DNA from: an uncultured Actinomycetes bacterium
GTDB taxonomy: Bacteria > Actinomycetota > Thermoleophilia > Gaiellales > JAICJC01
DNA: 64,000 nt
NCBI GenBank assembly: GCA_963727235.1
Contig: CAVSFZ010000026.1
Location: forward strand, 65,286 to 129,285
Reading direction: 5' to 3'
Shown: positions 18,236 to 28,029 of the stretch, in pieces
How the letters are laid out: each line of letters begins with the position of its first letter
How positions within the stretch are numbered: the first letter of the stretch is position 1
The notes under the pieces: model-generated
What the model was told of the DNA's origin: nothing
The model's input: only the letters and a program-made list of their open reading frames with translations
The model's database searches: none
Translations under genes and position numbers: made by a program

Positions 18236-18604
18236 TCAGCCCCTCTCCTCCAGACGCTTGCACTGGATGCACTGGGTCGCGTACGGCAGAGCCTCCAACC
18301 GCTCGAGATCGATCGTCTTTCCACATCGCTGACATACACCGTAGGTGCCGTCGTCGATCCGCGCCAGGGCGGCGTCGATGGCGGCCAGCAGATGGTCTGC
18401 GTTGTCCTCGATCGACAGGTCGATCTCACGATCGAGCGTGTGACTTGCGCTATCACCCAGGTGCGAGGCGGCGCCGCCGTCGTCGAAGACCTCCTCGATC
18501 GAGCGCGACGTATCGTCCAGAAGGCGCCGGCGCTCCGCGGCCACCCGCATCCGCTCTTCGGTCAGACGCTTGCGCGTGGCCTCGATATCGACACCCTCCA
18601 ACAC
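18236..18604 (-). CDS. DksA/TraR-family C4 zinc-finger protein
   Basis: C-terminal CQRCGKTIDLERLEALPYATQCIQC four-Cys finger preceded by a coiled-coil-like region. Confidence 0.8.
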   Translation of the reverse strand: MLEGVDIEATRKRLTEERMRVAAERRRLLDDTSRSIEEVFDDGGAASHLGDSASHTLDREIDLSIEDNADHLLAAIDAALARIDDGTYGVCQRCGKTIDLERLEALPYATQCIQCKRLEERG

Positions 18605-18611
18605 GAGAGTG

Positions 18612-18617
18612 AGTATA
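18612..18617 (-). promoter_or_regulatory. candidate -10 box (TATACT) for a leaderless dksA-like transcript
   Basis: On the minus strand TATACT lies 7 nt upstream of the GTG start at 18604. The 27-nt intergenic gap leaves no room for a Shine-Dalgarno sequence. Confidence 0.3.
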
Positions 18618-18631
18618 CCCAGGCGGATATA

Positions 18632-19162
18632 TCAGGCAGGTTCGGGAGCGTCGTCGGCGTGCAGTTCGGGCTCGCTCTCGATCGCGGGCGCCACCGGCAC
18701 CGGGGCGTGCACCAGATCCTCTTCGTGGTCGCGCACGATCTGGAGCGTTGTGCCCAGGAGCGATCGCAGCCGCAGCCGGAATTCGGCTTCCTCGCCGCGC
18801 AGCCGGGCGGTCTCCTGACGGATCCGCTCGCGCTCGGCATAGGCGCTGTGAAGGATCTCCCGCGCGCGCACCTCGGCCTCGCGCACAACCAGCTCGGCGT
18901 CACGTGATGCCTGGGCTCGGCGCTCGTCGGCCACTTTCTCGGCGGTGATCAGCGCGTTTCGGAGGGCTTCTTCGGTCTCGGCCACACTCGAGAGCTTCTG
19001 CTCGAGGTAGTGCACGCGGTCGTCCAGGTCAGCGCGTTCGCGCCAGACCGTCTCGTACGCGTCGGTGGCGTCGCCGATCAACTGGTCGACGTCGGCGCGG
19101 CTGTATCCGATCAGGCGGACAGCGGGTCGTTCATGTCTGAGTTCCACAGGTGAGATAGCCAT
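18632..19162 (-). CDS. divIVA: DivIVA-domain cell-division protein
   Basis: MAISPVELRHERPAVRLIGYSRADVDQLI N-terminal DivIVA motif plus a coiled coil. Confidence 0.85.
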   Translation of the reverse strand: MAISPVELRHERPAVRLIGYSRADVDQLIGDATDAYETVWRERADLDDRVHYLEQKLSSVAETEEALRNALITAEKVADERRAQASRDAELVVREAEVRAREILHSAYAERERIRQETARLRGEEAEFRLRLRSLLGTTLQIVRDHEEDLVHAPVPVAPAIESEPELHADDAPEPA

Positions 19163-19204
19163 GCCGCTCGGTTCGGGGCGTCTGAGCGGAGTCCTTCATC
19201 GAAG

Positions 19205-19486
19205 TCACTGGAAGGAGTTGATGATCACCTGGGTGATCTGGGCGCCGATCAGCACCGCAAACGACGCCACCATGGGGCTGAGATCGAGCCCGCCCATCGG
19301 CGGCAGCACCCGCCGGAACACCTGCAGGAACGGTTCGACGGTGTCGTAGGTCAGGCCTCGCAGCCGGCCCAGCCAGGGGCTGTAGCTGGTCTGGAGCATG
19401 CCCAGGATCACATGCAGAAAGATGAACCCGATGTAGATCAGGCTGAGGGATTGGATGAACTGATCGATCCAATCGATCGTGGTCAC
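19205..19486 (-). CDS. yggT: YggT-family membrane protein
   Basis: 93 aa with two TM segments and a PFLQVFRRVLPPMGGLDLSP motif. Conserved neighbour of sepF and divIVA. Confidence 0.85.
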   Translation of the reverse strand: MTTIDWIDQFIQSLSLIYIGFIFLHVILGMLQTSYSPWLGRLRGLTYDTVEPFLQVFRRVLPPMGGLDLSPMVASFAVLIGAQITQVIINSFQ

Positions 19487-19488
19487 GC

Positions 19489-20301
19489 CTACCCCAGCTC
19501 TCCGGCGCGGCGCATCGCGGCGGTGACACCGTCGATCACCGCGCCGCGCACACCGTGGCGCTCCATCTCGGCCAACCCCGCCGCCGCGGTACCCCCGGGA
19601 GAGGTCACCATTCGCCGAAGCGCGCTGCAGGAGAGCTCCTCGGCTCGCAGCAACTCCGCGGTGCCGGCCACGGTCGAGAGCAGCAACCGGCGGGCGTCGT
19701 CGTAGGTCAGGCCGCTGACGATGCCGGCATCCTCGAAGGCCTCCAGGATCAGACCCAGGAATGCCGGCCCCGAACCCGACAGCGCGGTGGCCGCGTCGAA
19801 CAGCCGCTCGTCCAGCGGCACCACCTCGCCCAGCAGCGAGAACAGCTCGAGCACCGCCTCCTCCGCGGCGGTGTCGGTGAACCGGCCAGACGAGAAGGCC
19901 AGCGTCCCCGCCCCCACTCGCACTCCGACGTTCGGCATCAACCGAAACACCGGCGCGTCCACGTCCAGGATGGTCTCCAAGGTGGCGATGCGCACACCTG
20001 CGGCCACCGAGGCAATCGCCTTGGTGGGTGTGATCAGGTCGGAGATCTCGCGCAGCACCCGCTCGACATCCACCGGCTTCACCGCCAGCACGACCATCGT
20101 GGACGCCTCGACCAGATCATGGTTGCCGGCCACGTGACGCACGCCGTGCTTCAATGCGAGCGCGTCAGCCCTGCCGGACCCCCGATCGGTGACCAAGATC
20201 CGGCCGGCCATCTCGGGATCTGCCTTGACCCACCCGCTGACCATGGCGGAGGCCATGTTGCCGGAGCCGATCAGACCGATGGTGGAGGCGACGTTGGTCA
20301 T
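19489..20301 (-). CDS. proC: pyrroline-5-carboxylate reductase
   Basis: IGLIGSGNMASAM Rossmann N-terminus and a C-terminal VTSPGGTAAAGL motif. Confidence 0.9.
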   Translation of the reverse strand: MTNVASTIGLIGSGNMASAMVSGWVKADPEMAGRILVTDRGSGRADALALKHGVRHVAGNHDLVEASTMVVLAVKPVDVERVLREISDLITPTKAIASVAAGVRIATLETILDVDAPVFRLMPNVGVRVGAGTLAFSSGRFTDTAAEEAVLELFSLLGEVVPLDERLFDAATALSGSGPAFLGLILEAFEDAGIVSGLTYDDARRLLLSTVAGTAELLRAEELSCSALRRMVTSPGGTAAAGLAEMERHGVRGAVIDGVTAAMRRAGELG

Positions 20302-20334
20302 GTCAGGCCAGAGCGTACCGCCACCACCGGCCCG

Positions 20335-20883
20335 CTAGTACTGGTTGAAGAAGCCGCGCTCCATCAGCAGCGCCTTGTCCTCTGCCGAAACCTTGACCGC
20401 GTGCGGCGTCAGCAGGAACACGCGATCGGCCACCCGCTGCATCGAACCGTCCAGTGCATAGGTGAGGCCGCTGGCGAAGTCGATCAGCCGTCGGGTGAGA
20501 TCGGCATCGGCGGTCTGGAGGTTGATGATCACCGGCACTTCGGCCTTGAGCTTGTCCGCCACAGTCTGGGCGTCGTTGAACGTCTTTGGGACGACCAGCG
20601 ACACCTGCGGCGCCTCGCGATGCCCGTTCTGCGGCGGAGCCGGAGCGGCGGCCCGGGTCGAGCGGCTGGGGGCGCGTACGGGCGGCTCGTCGCTGAAGAT
20701 CTCGTCAAACTCCGAGCCCGACCGGCGTCTCGGCGAAAGCCGGCGCACATTGGGCCGCTCGGAGTAGCCGCGCTCGAGGTCTTCGTTGGCGGCGGTACCG
20801 TCCTCGTAATACTCGTCACCCCACTCCTCTTCGCGCACGCCGAAGTAGACCAGGGTCGAATTCCACATGTCCTTGATGGCCAT
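20335..20883 (-). CDS. sepF: cell-division protein SepF
   Basis: The ATG at 20883 gives MAIKDMWNSTLVYFGV.... The C-terminal domain reads VPVIINLQTADADLTRRLIDFASGLTYALDGSMQRV. The upstream extension in the track is compositional junk. Confidence 0.9.
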   Translation of the reverse strand: MAIKDMWNSTLVYFGVREEEWGDEYYEDGTAANEDLERGYSERPNVRRLSPRRRSGSEFDEIFSDEPPVRAPSRSTRAAAPAPPQNGHREAPQVSLVVPKTFNDAQTVADKLKAEVPVIINLQTADADLTRRLIDFASGLTYALDGSMQRVADRVFLLTPHAVKVSAEDKALLMERGFFNQY

Positions 20884-20894
20884 CTCCAAAGACT

Positions 20895-21557
20895 CTACCG
20901 CTTGAGCAGGACACTTCCTAGCCGCACGATGGTAGCGCCTTCCTGCGCTGCCACGGCGTAATCCTGGCTCGTGCCCATCGAAAGCTGCGTCAGTTCGTGC
21001 CGACCGGCCCAGTTCGGAGCGAGTGCATCGCGCAGATCGCGAAGTGCCGCGAACCACGGGGCGGCCTCGCTCGGCTGCTCCGCCAGCGGCGGCATCGTCA
21101 TCAATCCGCAGAACCGCACGCTCCCGAACTCGGATGCCTGCTCCAAGAACCGGTCGGCCTGATCGGGCGCAACGCCGGCCTTGGACTCCTCGCCGGCGAC
21201 GTTCACCTGCAGCAGGCAGTCGACCGGCTGTGATGACCGCGACTGGATCTGGGCGCACACAGACGGCGAGTCGATCGCATGGATCAGCCGCACCCGCCCG
21301 ACCACGTCACGCACCTTGCGGCTCTGCAGGTGACCGATGAAGTCCCAGGTGAAGCTGTCGGCAAACAGCTCCTGCTTGGCGGCCAACGCATCGCTTCGGT
21401 TCTCCCCGACCAGTGTCACACCGCCCGCCCGGAGCGCCTCCATGCCGTCCACGTCGACGTACTTGGTGGCGGCCAGGATCTCGACCTCGGGCCCGATCTC
21501 AGATCGGATTCGGGCCAGGTTCGCAGCGATCACGGCGGGATCAGGAACCACGTACAC
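20895..21557 (-). CDS. yggS: YggS-family pyridoxal-phosphate homeostasis protein
   Basis: ILAATKYV (PLP-binding Lys), GENRSDAL, and WDFIGHLQSRKV motifs. The start (GTG at 21557 or 21551) is uncertain. Confidence 0.85.
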   Translation of the reverse strand: MYVVPDPAVIAANLARIRSEIGPEVEILAATKYVDVDGMEALRAGGVTLVGENRSDALAAKQELFADSFTWDFIGHLQSRKVRDVVGRVRLIHAIDSPSVCAQIQSRSSQPVDCLLQVNVAGEESKAGVAPDQADRFLEQASEFGSVRFCGLMTMPPLAEQPSEAAPWFAALRDLRDALAPNWAGRHELTQLSMGTSQDYAVAAQEGATIVRLGSVLLKR

Positions 21558-22278
21558 CGACCACCCCCTGACGGCCGGTGCGGCCGCGATCACGCCGGTG
21601 GGAGAAGTACTCCTGGGGACGACAGATCGTGCATCGACCTGCCACCTCGACGTGCTCGACCCCGGCCCGCTCCAAGGCGGTGCGGGCGGCGTACCACAGG
21701 TCGGCACAGCCGTCGCGTACGACCGGTTCGCCGAAGGCCGCCCGGAGCGGCTTGCCGACGTCGTCCTTGACCTCGTAACAGCATGGTCCCGCCCCCGGGC
21801 CGACCATCGCCACCGCGCCGGGGCCGACCTGGGCGACTCCCCGCTCGCAGATGCCCGCCAGCAGTCCCTGCCAGCCGGCGTGCAGCACGGCCAACCGCGA
21901 TCCGTCGGTGCGGGCGATCGCAATCGGAAGGCAATCGGCTGCCAGCAACACCAGCGGCTTTCCCGGGAGCGAGGTCACCAGGCCGTCCGACTTGGGGAAC
22001 GGCTCCCGCCCCGGCTGCATGAAGCGACCCGAGCCGGGCGTCGCGGTCACCTCCCGCACCTCCGCCCCCGCCACCTGCCACGCCATGGTGGCATCGTTGG
22101 GATCAGCGCCGACCGCCTCGACCGCGCGGCGACGATTCTCGCGTACCGCGTCGGGGTCGTCATCGGTCAACGCACCCAGGTTGAGGCTGGCAAACGGCCC
22201 CTCGCTGACGCCGCCGGTGCGGCCTGTGAACGCCACCGTCACCCCAGCCGGCGCTGAGTCCCAGCGGAGGGTCGTCAC
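21541..22278 (-). CDS. pgeF: laccase-domain / purine-nucleoside-phosphorylase-like protein (YfiH/PgeF)
   Basis: AFTGRTGGVSEGPFASLNLG N-terminus, an ADCLPI motif, and a C-terminal CT.C....FSHRRD motif. Confidence 0.85.
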   Translation of the reverse strand: MTTLRWDSAPAGVTVAFTGRTGGVSEGPFASLNLGALTDDDPDAVRENRRRAVEAVGADPNDATMAWQVAGAEVREVTATPGSGRFMQPGREPFPKSDGLVTSLPGKPLVLLAADCLPIAIARTDGSRLAVLHAGWQGLLAGICERGVAQVGPGAVAMVGPGAGPCCYEVKDDVGKPLRAAFGEPVVRDGCADLWYAARTALERAGVEHVEVAGRCTICRPQEYFSHRRDRGRTGRQGVVGVRGS

Positions 22279-24866
22279 GCGTCCTCCGCCAGGATCAACC
22301 GGGCGGCCTCGAGCTCCTGCTCGCGACCGTCGATCTGCCCGTTTCGCTTGCGCCGCAGCAGCTCCGCCAGCACCGCCCCCACCTTGGGCGACGGGACGAG
22401 GCCAAACTCACGCTGGAGCGAAGTCCCATCCAGCTCGAGGGTGACCACGGCACCGGCGTCGAGATACGCCTGCGCGGCGGCCGAGCCGAGCGCCGCAGTC
22501 ACGATCGCCACCTCGACCGGTTGGGGCGCCAGCAGCTCGGCGACGTCGGCAGGAGTCGCGGCCTGCTCCAACGGCCCCAACAGCCGCGGAGGCAGCGCTG
22601 CCGCCAGCGAAATTGTGTGGGCATCCCGCCGCCGAATCCGCAGCCACTCCAGCCACGGCTCCAGCTGATCCGGCTCGACACCGCGGGCGACGGCGGCGAA
22701 CCTCGCCCGCCAGGGAGCGAGCTCGGGCTGGTGGGAGAGGCGCAATGCGTCGATCCGCTCGATCAGCTGGATTGTCTCGGGAGAGCAGTCGAGCGCCGGG
22801 TGCAGGGCGCGGGCGAGGCCGAGCTGATCCATCCGCGTCAGCGCCGCCGGGGCGCGGGGGTCCTCCAGGATGGCGAGCAGCTCATCGCGCAGGCGGGCGC
22901 CGGATACCTCGCTCACCAGCCCCATGGCCACCGTGTTTCGGGCCAGCTCGAGAGTGTGCGGCTCCATCGCAAAGCCGTACCGGGTCTCGTAACGCACCGC
23001 CCGGAACATCCGCGTGGGATCCTCGATGAACGACAGGTTGTGGAGCACCCGCAACGCGCCGGCCTCCAGATCGGCGCGGCCCCCGAAAGGGTCGAGCAGC
23101 AGCCCGAAGGTGGCCGCATCCACGGCGATCGCCATCGAGTTGATGGTGAAGTCGCGGCGGTGGAGGTCGCGCCGGATCGAGCTGTGTTCGACCACGGGCA
23201 GCGCAGCCGGATACTCGTAGTGCTCCGTGCGCGCGGTGGCCACGTCGATCCGCAGCTCACCCGCGATCACAACCGCAGTGTGAAAGCGCTCGTGCGGGTG
23301 CATGCGCCCTCCGAGCTCGGCGGCGAGCGCCTCGGCGAACGCGATCCCATCTCCCTCCACAGCCATATCGATGTCGAAGCTGGGTGCTCCCAGGAGCAGG
23401 TCGCGCACCGCTCCACCGACCAGGTAGACGCCGTCCACAACGGCGGATGCAACCCGCACCGCCGCCCACAGCGGGGCGAGCTCCCGGCGGCCTCGCAAGG
23501 CCTCGCCCACCTCGGTCTCCGGCGTCTCGGGCGGCTCCGGCGGGCGCGGGCTGAGAGCGCCCAGAAGATCGGTGCGAGTGACCACTCCCAAGACATCCGC
23601 CGCAGCCGGATGGCCGCCGTCGACATCCGTGACCACCGCCACACGTCCGGCCCGCGCCTTCACGATCGCGTGCTGCACCTCGGTCAGGGTTGCGTCGGGA
23701 GCGATGGTGGCGACCTCCAAGGACATCACCGCCCGAACCGGCGCATGGCCAAGCCGGTGACCCAGCGCGCGGTCGAGATCCTCACGGGCAACCGCACCCA
23801 CCAGCACGCCGTCGGCCTCCACCTGCACCCCGGAGGTCTGTCGCCGGCGGCACTCGGCCATGGCCTGCTCCACGGTCACCTCGTGGTTGATGAACCAGGC
23901 GGGCGCGGACATGATGTCGCGGGCGCGGGCACCGGCGGTGACGCCGGCCGGAAGCTCCGCCAGCACCGCCGCGCGGACCTGCTCGAGGTCACGATCGCGG
24001 ACGATCGCGGATGCAGCGGGAGCGTGACCGCCGCCGCCGAGGCCTTCCAGCACCGCGCACACGTCCATCACCGGAGTGCGGCTGCGGCCGACGACGAATA
24101 CCCGCCCGTCCATCTCGACCAGCATCACCAGCACGCGCACGTCGGTGAGCTCCACGATCTTGGAGGCCAGGGTCGACACCGCCGCGATGTGGTGAGGCCA
24201 GCGGGCGGCGGCGATCAGCACCGGAATGCCGGCGACCTGATGTGTCTCGGCGGACTCCATCAATACGGTCAGCAACTCGCGCTGGTCGCCCGAGAGCGGC
24301 GTTCGCAGAAACTCCGCGATCAGTTCCTGGGCCGCACCGTGGCGGACGCACCACGCCAGCGCCTCGATGTCGCGCTCGGTGGTGGTCAGATGGGTCAGCG
24401 AGCCGGTGTCCTCGTGGATTCCCAGCGCCAGCGCGGTCGCCTCGGTCGGGGTGGGATCGAGCCCGCGCTCGGCCAGGATCCCGACCATGGTGGAGCACAG
24501 CGCACCGTCCTCCGAGACCACGCGCGAGCCCGGCGTCACCCATGCCGGTTCGGCGTGCCGGTCGTGGTGATCGAACAGCGCCACCTCGACCCCGTCGCGT
24601 TCGATCACATCGGCGAGATCGCCCAGGCGGCTCAGCCGTCCTGCCTCGATCACGATCACCCGCTCTACGGCGTCCAGCTCGATTCTGGCCGGATCGGGAA
24701 TCGCGAGCTCGTCGGCGTGCAGGGCGATGAAAGCCCGCACATTGCGGTTGACCCCGCCGGGAAGCCGGATCACGGCGCCGGGATACAGCCTGCGCGCCGC
24801 CAGAGCGGAGCCGAACGCGTCGAAGTCGGCGTTGGCGTGCGTGACGATCAGTTCGGTTGGCCGCAT
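22275..24866 (-). CDS. multidomain protein: DHH/DHHA1 phosphoesterase + CBS pair + CCA-adding / poly(A)-polymerase-type nucleotidyltransferase
   Basis: THANADFDAFGS (DHH) and GGGGHAPAASA (DHHA1), followed by two CBS-like segments, then YLVGGAVRDLLLGAPSFDIDMAV (Pol-beta NTase head) and an HD-less tail. 863 aa. Confidence 0.8.
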   Translation of the reverse strand: MRPTELIVTHANADFDAFGSALAARRLYPGAVIRLPGGVNRNVRAFIALHADELAIPDPARIELDAVERVIVIEAGRLSRLGDLADVIERDGVEVALFDHHDRHAEPAWVTPGSRVVSEDGALCSTMVGILAERGLDPTPTEATALALGIHEDTGSLTHLTTTERDIEALAWCVRHGAAQELIAEFLRTPLSGDQRELLTVLMESAETHQVAGIPVLIAAARWPHHIAAVSTLASKIVELTDVRVLVMLVEMDGRVFVVGRSRTPVMDVCAVLEGLGGGGHAPAASAIVRDRDLEQVRAAVLAELPAGVTAGARARDIMSAPAWFINHEVTVEQAMAECRRRQTSGVQVEADGVLVGAVAREDLDRALGHRLGHAPVRAVMSLEVATIAPDATLTEVQHAIVKARAGRVAVVTDVDGGHPAAADVLGVVTRTDLLGALSPRPPEPPETPETEVGEALRGRRELAPLWAAVRVASAVVDGVYLVGGAVRDLLLGAPSFDIDMAVEGDGIAFAEALAAELGGRMHPHERFHTAVVIAGELRIDVATARTEHYEYPAALPVVEHSSIRRDLHRRDFTINSMAIAVDAATFGLLLDPFGGRADLEAGALRVLHNLSFIEDPTRMFRAVRYETRYGFAMEPHTLELARNTVAMGLVSEVSGARLRDELLAILEDPRAPAALTRMDQLGLARALHPALDCSPETIQLIERIDALRLSHQPELAPWRARFAAVARGVEPDQLEPWLEWLRIRRRDAHTISLAAALPPRLLGPLEQAATPADVAELLAPQPVEVAIVTAALGSAAAQAYLDAGAVVTLELDGTSLQREFGLVPSPKVGAVLAELLRRKRNGQIDGREQELEAARLILAEDA

Positions 24867-24907
24867 ACCCGAATCCTACGGCGCGGCGGGGGCAACCCGA
24901 CGGTTGG

Positions 24908-25300
24908 TCAGTCGGCCGCGACCACCTCGATCTCAACGGCCGCCCCGGCCGGCAGCGCCGCCACCTGAACGGTCGAGCGAGCCGGCGGATCGTGCGTGAA
25001 GTACTCGGCGTAGATCGCGTTGACGGCGGCAAAGTCCCCCAGATCGGCGACGAACACCGTGGTCTTGACGACATGCGCAGGGGTCAGGCCGGCGCCCGCC
25101 AGCACCGCCACGACGTTGTCCAGCACCCGCCGCGTCTGAGCTTCGATGCCGCCCTCGACCAACGCGCCCGTGTCCGGGTCGAGGCCCACCTGGCCCGCGC
25201 AGAACACGAAGTTCCCGGCCCGGATGGCCTGGTTGTAGGGAGCACCCGCGAACGGCTTGGGGGCGCCGTCGGCCGCGATCACCTCACGATTGAGCTGCAT
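24908..25300 (-). CDS. ridA: RidA/YjgF-family reactive-intermediate deaminase
   Basis: APKPFAGAPYNQAIRAGNFVFCAGQVGLDP... and ARSTVQVAALP motifs. The ATG at 25300 overlaps the hisD stop (TGATG). Confidence 0.9.
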   Translation of the reverse strand: MQLNREVIAADGAPKPFAGAPYNQAIRAGNFVFCAGQVGLDPDTGALVEGGIEAQTRRVLDNVVAVLAGAGLTPAHVVKTTVFVADLGDFAAVNAIYAEYFTHDPPARSTVQVAALPAGAAVEIEVVAAD

Positions 25301-26565
25301 CAACTGGGAAGTCCTTTCGAGGGTTTGGTGAGCCGTTCGGCTCGGATGGAGGCCGAGCGGGCGTGATTGGGAAGTCCCTCAGCGAGGGCCAGCGCGACCA
25401 GCGGCGGTTCCAGAGCGGCCACGGCGGACTCGGGAATCTCGACGATCTCCTGGGCGCGCAGGTACACCACCGGCCCCAGCCCCGACGCGAAGCGTGCGTT
25501 TCCGGCGGTCGGCAGGATGTGATTCGAGCCGGCCACATAGTCGCCGAAGGCCGCCCCCGAGTGAGGCCCCAGGAAGATCGCTCCGGCGTGCACGATCTGT
25601 TCCAGCACAGCGGCCGGATCGGCCACGGCCAGCTGCAGGTGCTCAGGGGCGTACTCGTTCACGAAGGCGATCGCCGTCTCCCAAGAGTCGGTCTCGATCA
25701 GCGTCACGTCGCCCTCCGCCAGGTGCTCGGCCACGGCGGCGATCACGTCCGGGTCGGGGCTGACCAGCACCGACTGGGCGCCCGAACCGTGCTCGGCCTG
25801 CGCCATCAGGTCCCATGCCAGGTGCTCAGCCGGGGCGGTGGCGTCGGCCAGGATGATCAGCTCGCTGGGCCCGGCCAGCGATTCGATTCCGACCTCGCCG
25901 AACAGGCGCCGTTTGGCCTCCTCCACGTAGGCGTTTCCGGGACCGACGACGACGTCCACTGCCGGGATCGCCTCGGTACCGAGCGCCATCGCCGCCACCG
26001 CCTGGGCACCGCCCGCGGCATACACCTCGGTCACTCCCAGAAGCGCACAGACGGCCAGGATGGCGGAATGCACGCGGCCGTCGGCTGCCGGCGGAGAGCA
26101 GACGCAGATCTGGGGCACACCCGCGACCTGAGCCGGGACGATCGCCATCACCGCACTGGACGGATATGCGGCACCGCCACCGGGCACGTACAGGCCGGCC
26201 CGCTGCACCGGCACGTGGCGAGTCGAGACGATCTGGCCCTGGGGAAGCTCCACCCGCGTGGGCGGCGGCAGCAGCTCGGTCGCGACCGTCCGCAGATTGG
26301 CTGCCAGGAGCTCGATCGCTTCCTTGACCGCCGGATCGATTCCATCCAGCGCGCGCGAGAGTTCGCCGGCCTTGACCCGGCTCTGCGCCAGATCGGCGCC
26401 GTCCAGCCGCGAGGTCAGGCGACGCAGTGCGTCATCGCCGCCACGCCGGACCATGTCGATGATGTCGGCCACGGTGCGACGCACATCCTCGCGCGCCTCG
26501 AGTGTCGGTCGCAGGCCCACAGCTGCGGCGACCACCCTGTCCCGGGTGATGCTCAGACGCTCCAT
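25300..26565 (-). CDS. hisD: histidinol dehydrogenase
   Basis: 421 aa with the AQAEHG motif and the SNHILPTAGNARF segment. Confidence 0.95.
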   Translation of the reverse strand: MERLSITRDRVVAAAVGLRPTLEAREDVRRTVADIIDMVRRGGDDALRRLTSRLDGADLAQSRVKAGELSRALDGIDPAVKEAIELLAANLRTVATELLPPPTRVELPQGQIVSTRHVPVQRAGLYVPGGGAAYPSSAVMAIVPAQVAGVPQICVCSPPAADGRVHSAILAVCALLGVTEVYAAGGAQAVAAMALGTEAIPAVDVVVGPGNAYVEEAKRRLFGEVGIESLAGPSELIILADATAPAEHLAWDLMAQAEHGSGAQSVLVSPDPDVIAAVAEHLAEGDVTLIETDSWETAIAFVNEYAPEHLQLAVADPAAVLEQIVHAGAIFLGPHSGAAFGDYVAGSNHILPTAGNARFASGLGPVVYLRAQEIVEIPESAVAALEPPLVALALAEGLPNHARSASIRAERLTKPSKGLPS

Positions 26566-26622
26566 CGGCGGATCGTATCCGGCTCGGCGTTCAACGCGCC
26601 GAAAGTTCAGCGAGGAGCGGCT

Positions 26623-27933
26623 CTACACTTGGGTGCGCTCGATGCGAGCACCCAGCGCGCGCAGGCGCTCGTCGATCCGCTCGTAGCCGCGATCGATCTC
26701 GCCCACGTTCCCGATCCGGCTGGTGCCTTCGGCGCACAACGCGGCGATCAGCATGGCCATGCCGGCGCGGATGTCGGGACTGGCCATCCGCTCGCCGTAC
26801 AGCTGAGCCGGGCCGGTGATGACCGCGCGATGGGGGTCGCACAACACGATCCGCGCGCCCATCGACACCAGCTTGTCGGTGAAGAACAGCCGGTTCTCGA
26901 ACATCTTCTCGAAGATCAGCACGGTGCCGGTGGCCTGGGTCGCGACCGCCACCGCGATCGACGTCAGGTCGGCCGGGAACATCGGCCACGGCCCGTCCTC
27001 GAGCTTCGGGATCTGGGCGTGCACGTCATCGACGATCGTCAGCGACTGGCCCGGCGAGATATGCGCGTCGGGACCGTGCGTCTCGATCTCCACGCCCAGC
27101 CGTGAGAAGGCGTGACGGATCGAGCGGAGATGCTCGACCGCGGCATCCTCGATCACCAGGTCGCCGCCGGTGACGGCCGCCAGTCCGATGAACGATGCCA
27201 CCTCGATGTGGTCCGGTCCGACTCGGTGGCGACAGCCGTGCAGCGTCTGCACACCGTGGATCGTCAGCATGTTCGAGCCGATGCCCTCGATCCCGGCGCC
27301 CATCGCGTTCAAGAGGTGACAAAGATCCTGCACATGTGGTTCGCAGGCGGCGTTGTAGATGCTCGTCGTGCCGCCCGCCAGCACCGCGGCCATGATGGCA
27401 TTCTCGGTGCCGGTCACCGACGCCTCGTCCAGGTACAGGTCGCCGCCGACCAGTCCGCGGGGCGCACGGAGATGGTATTCGCGGTTGACGTCCACATCGG
27501 CTCCGAGCGCTGAGAACGCCATCAGGTGGGTATCGACCCGACGGCGCCCGATCACATCGCCGCCGGGTGGCGGGACATCGGCAGAGCCAAAGCGGGCCAG
27601 CAACGGCCCCGCCAGCAGGATCGATGCGCGGATGCGGGTGCACAGCTCAGGATCGAGAGTGGTCGACGTGATCTCGGCCGCCCACACCCGCAAGGTGTTG
27701 TCTTCGCCCCACTCGACCTCGGCGCCGATGTCGACCAGAAGTTCGATCATCGCCTCGACGTCACGGATCCGGGGGACGTTCTCCAGCGTGACCGGATCGG
27801 CGGTCAGCAGACATGCGGCGAGGATCGGCAGTGCCGCGTTCTTGTTTCCGGCCGGGCGCACTCGACCGGAGAGCGGGACACCACCCTCGATTACGAATGT
27901 CTCCACGGTACCTTCTCGGGTTGCAATCGCCAT
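26623..27933 (-). CDS. murA: UDP-N-acetylglucosamine 1-carboxyvinyltransferase
   Basis: [28 protein letters not shown] and [14 protein letters not shown] motifs. I chose the ATG at 27933; the longest ORF reaches 27978. Confidence 0.93.
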   Translation of the reverse strand: MAIATREGTVETFVIEGGVPLSGRVRPAGNKNAALPILAACLLTADPVTLENVPRIRDVEAMIELLVDIGAEVEWGEDNTLRVWAAEITSTTLDPELCTRIRASILLAGPLLARFGSADVPPPGGDVIGRRRVDTHLMAFSALGADVDVNREYHLRAPRGLVGGDLYLDEASVTGTENAIMAAVLAGGTTSIYNAACEPHVQDLCHLLNAMGAGIEGIGSNMLTIHGVQTLHGCRHRVGPDHIEVASFIGLAAVTGGDLVIEDAAVEHLRSIRHAFSRLGVEIETHGPDAHISPGQSLTIVDDVHAQIPKLEDGPWPMFPADLTSIAVAVATQATGTVLIFEKMFENRLFFTDKLVSMGARIVLCDPHRAVITGPAQLYGERMASPDIRAGMAMLIAALCAEGTSRIGNVGEIDRGYERIDERLRALGARIERTQV

Positions 27934-28029
27934 CAGCGGACGCGCCTCCAACGTCGTCAAGGGTGAGGGTAGCCGCATTCGCGCTCACCCCGGTTGGTTC
28001 CTGCCACTTCGTTGGTACACTCGCTCGCC

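Noticed and set aside
22521-24968. 815-aa plus-strand ORF, with similar long shadow ORFs at 25363-27105, 46065-47963, 55681-56835, 57768-59348, 59281-60936 and 60977-62683
   Set aside because: All are mirror frames of well-supported minus-strand genes (CCA fusion, hisD/murA, PDRP/glyS, ald, M32, pyrG, recN). Their composition is dominated by R, G, P, H and Q, and no domains are recognisable.
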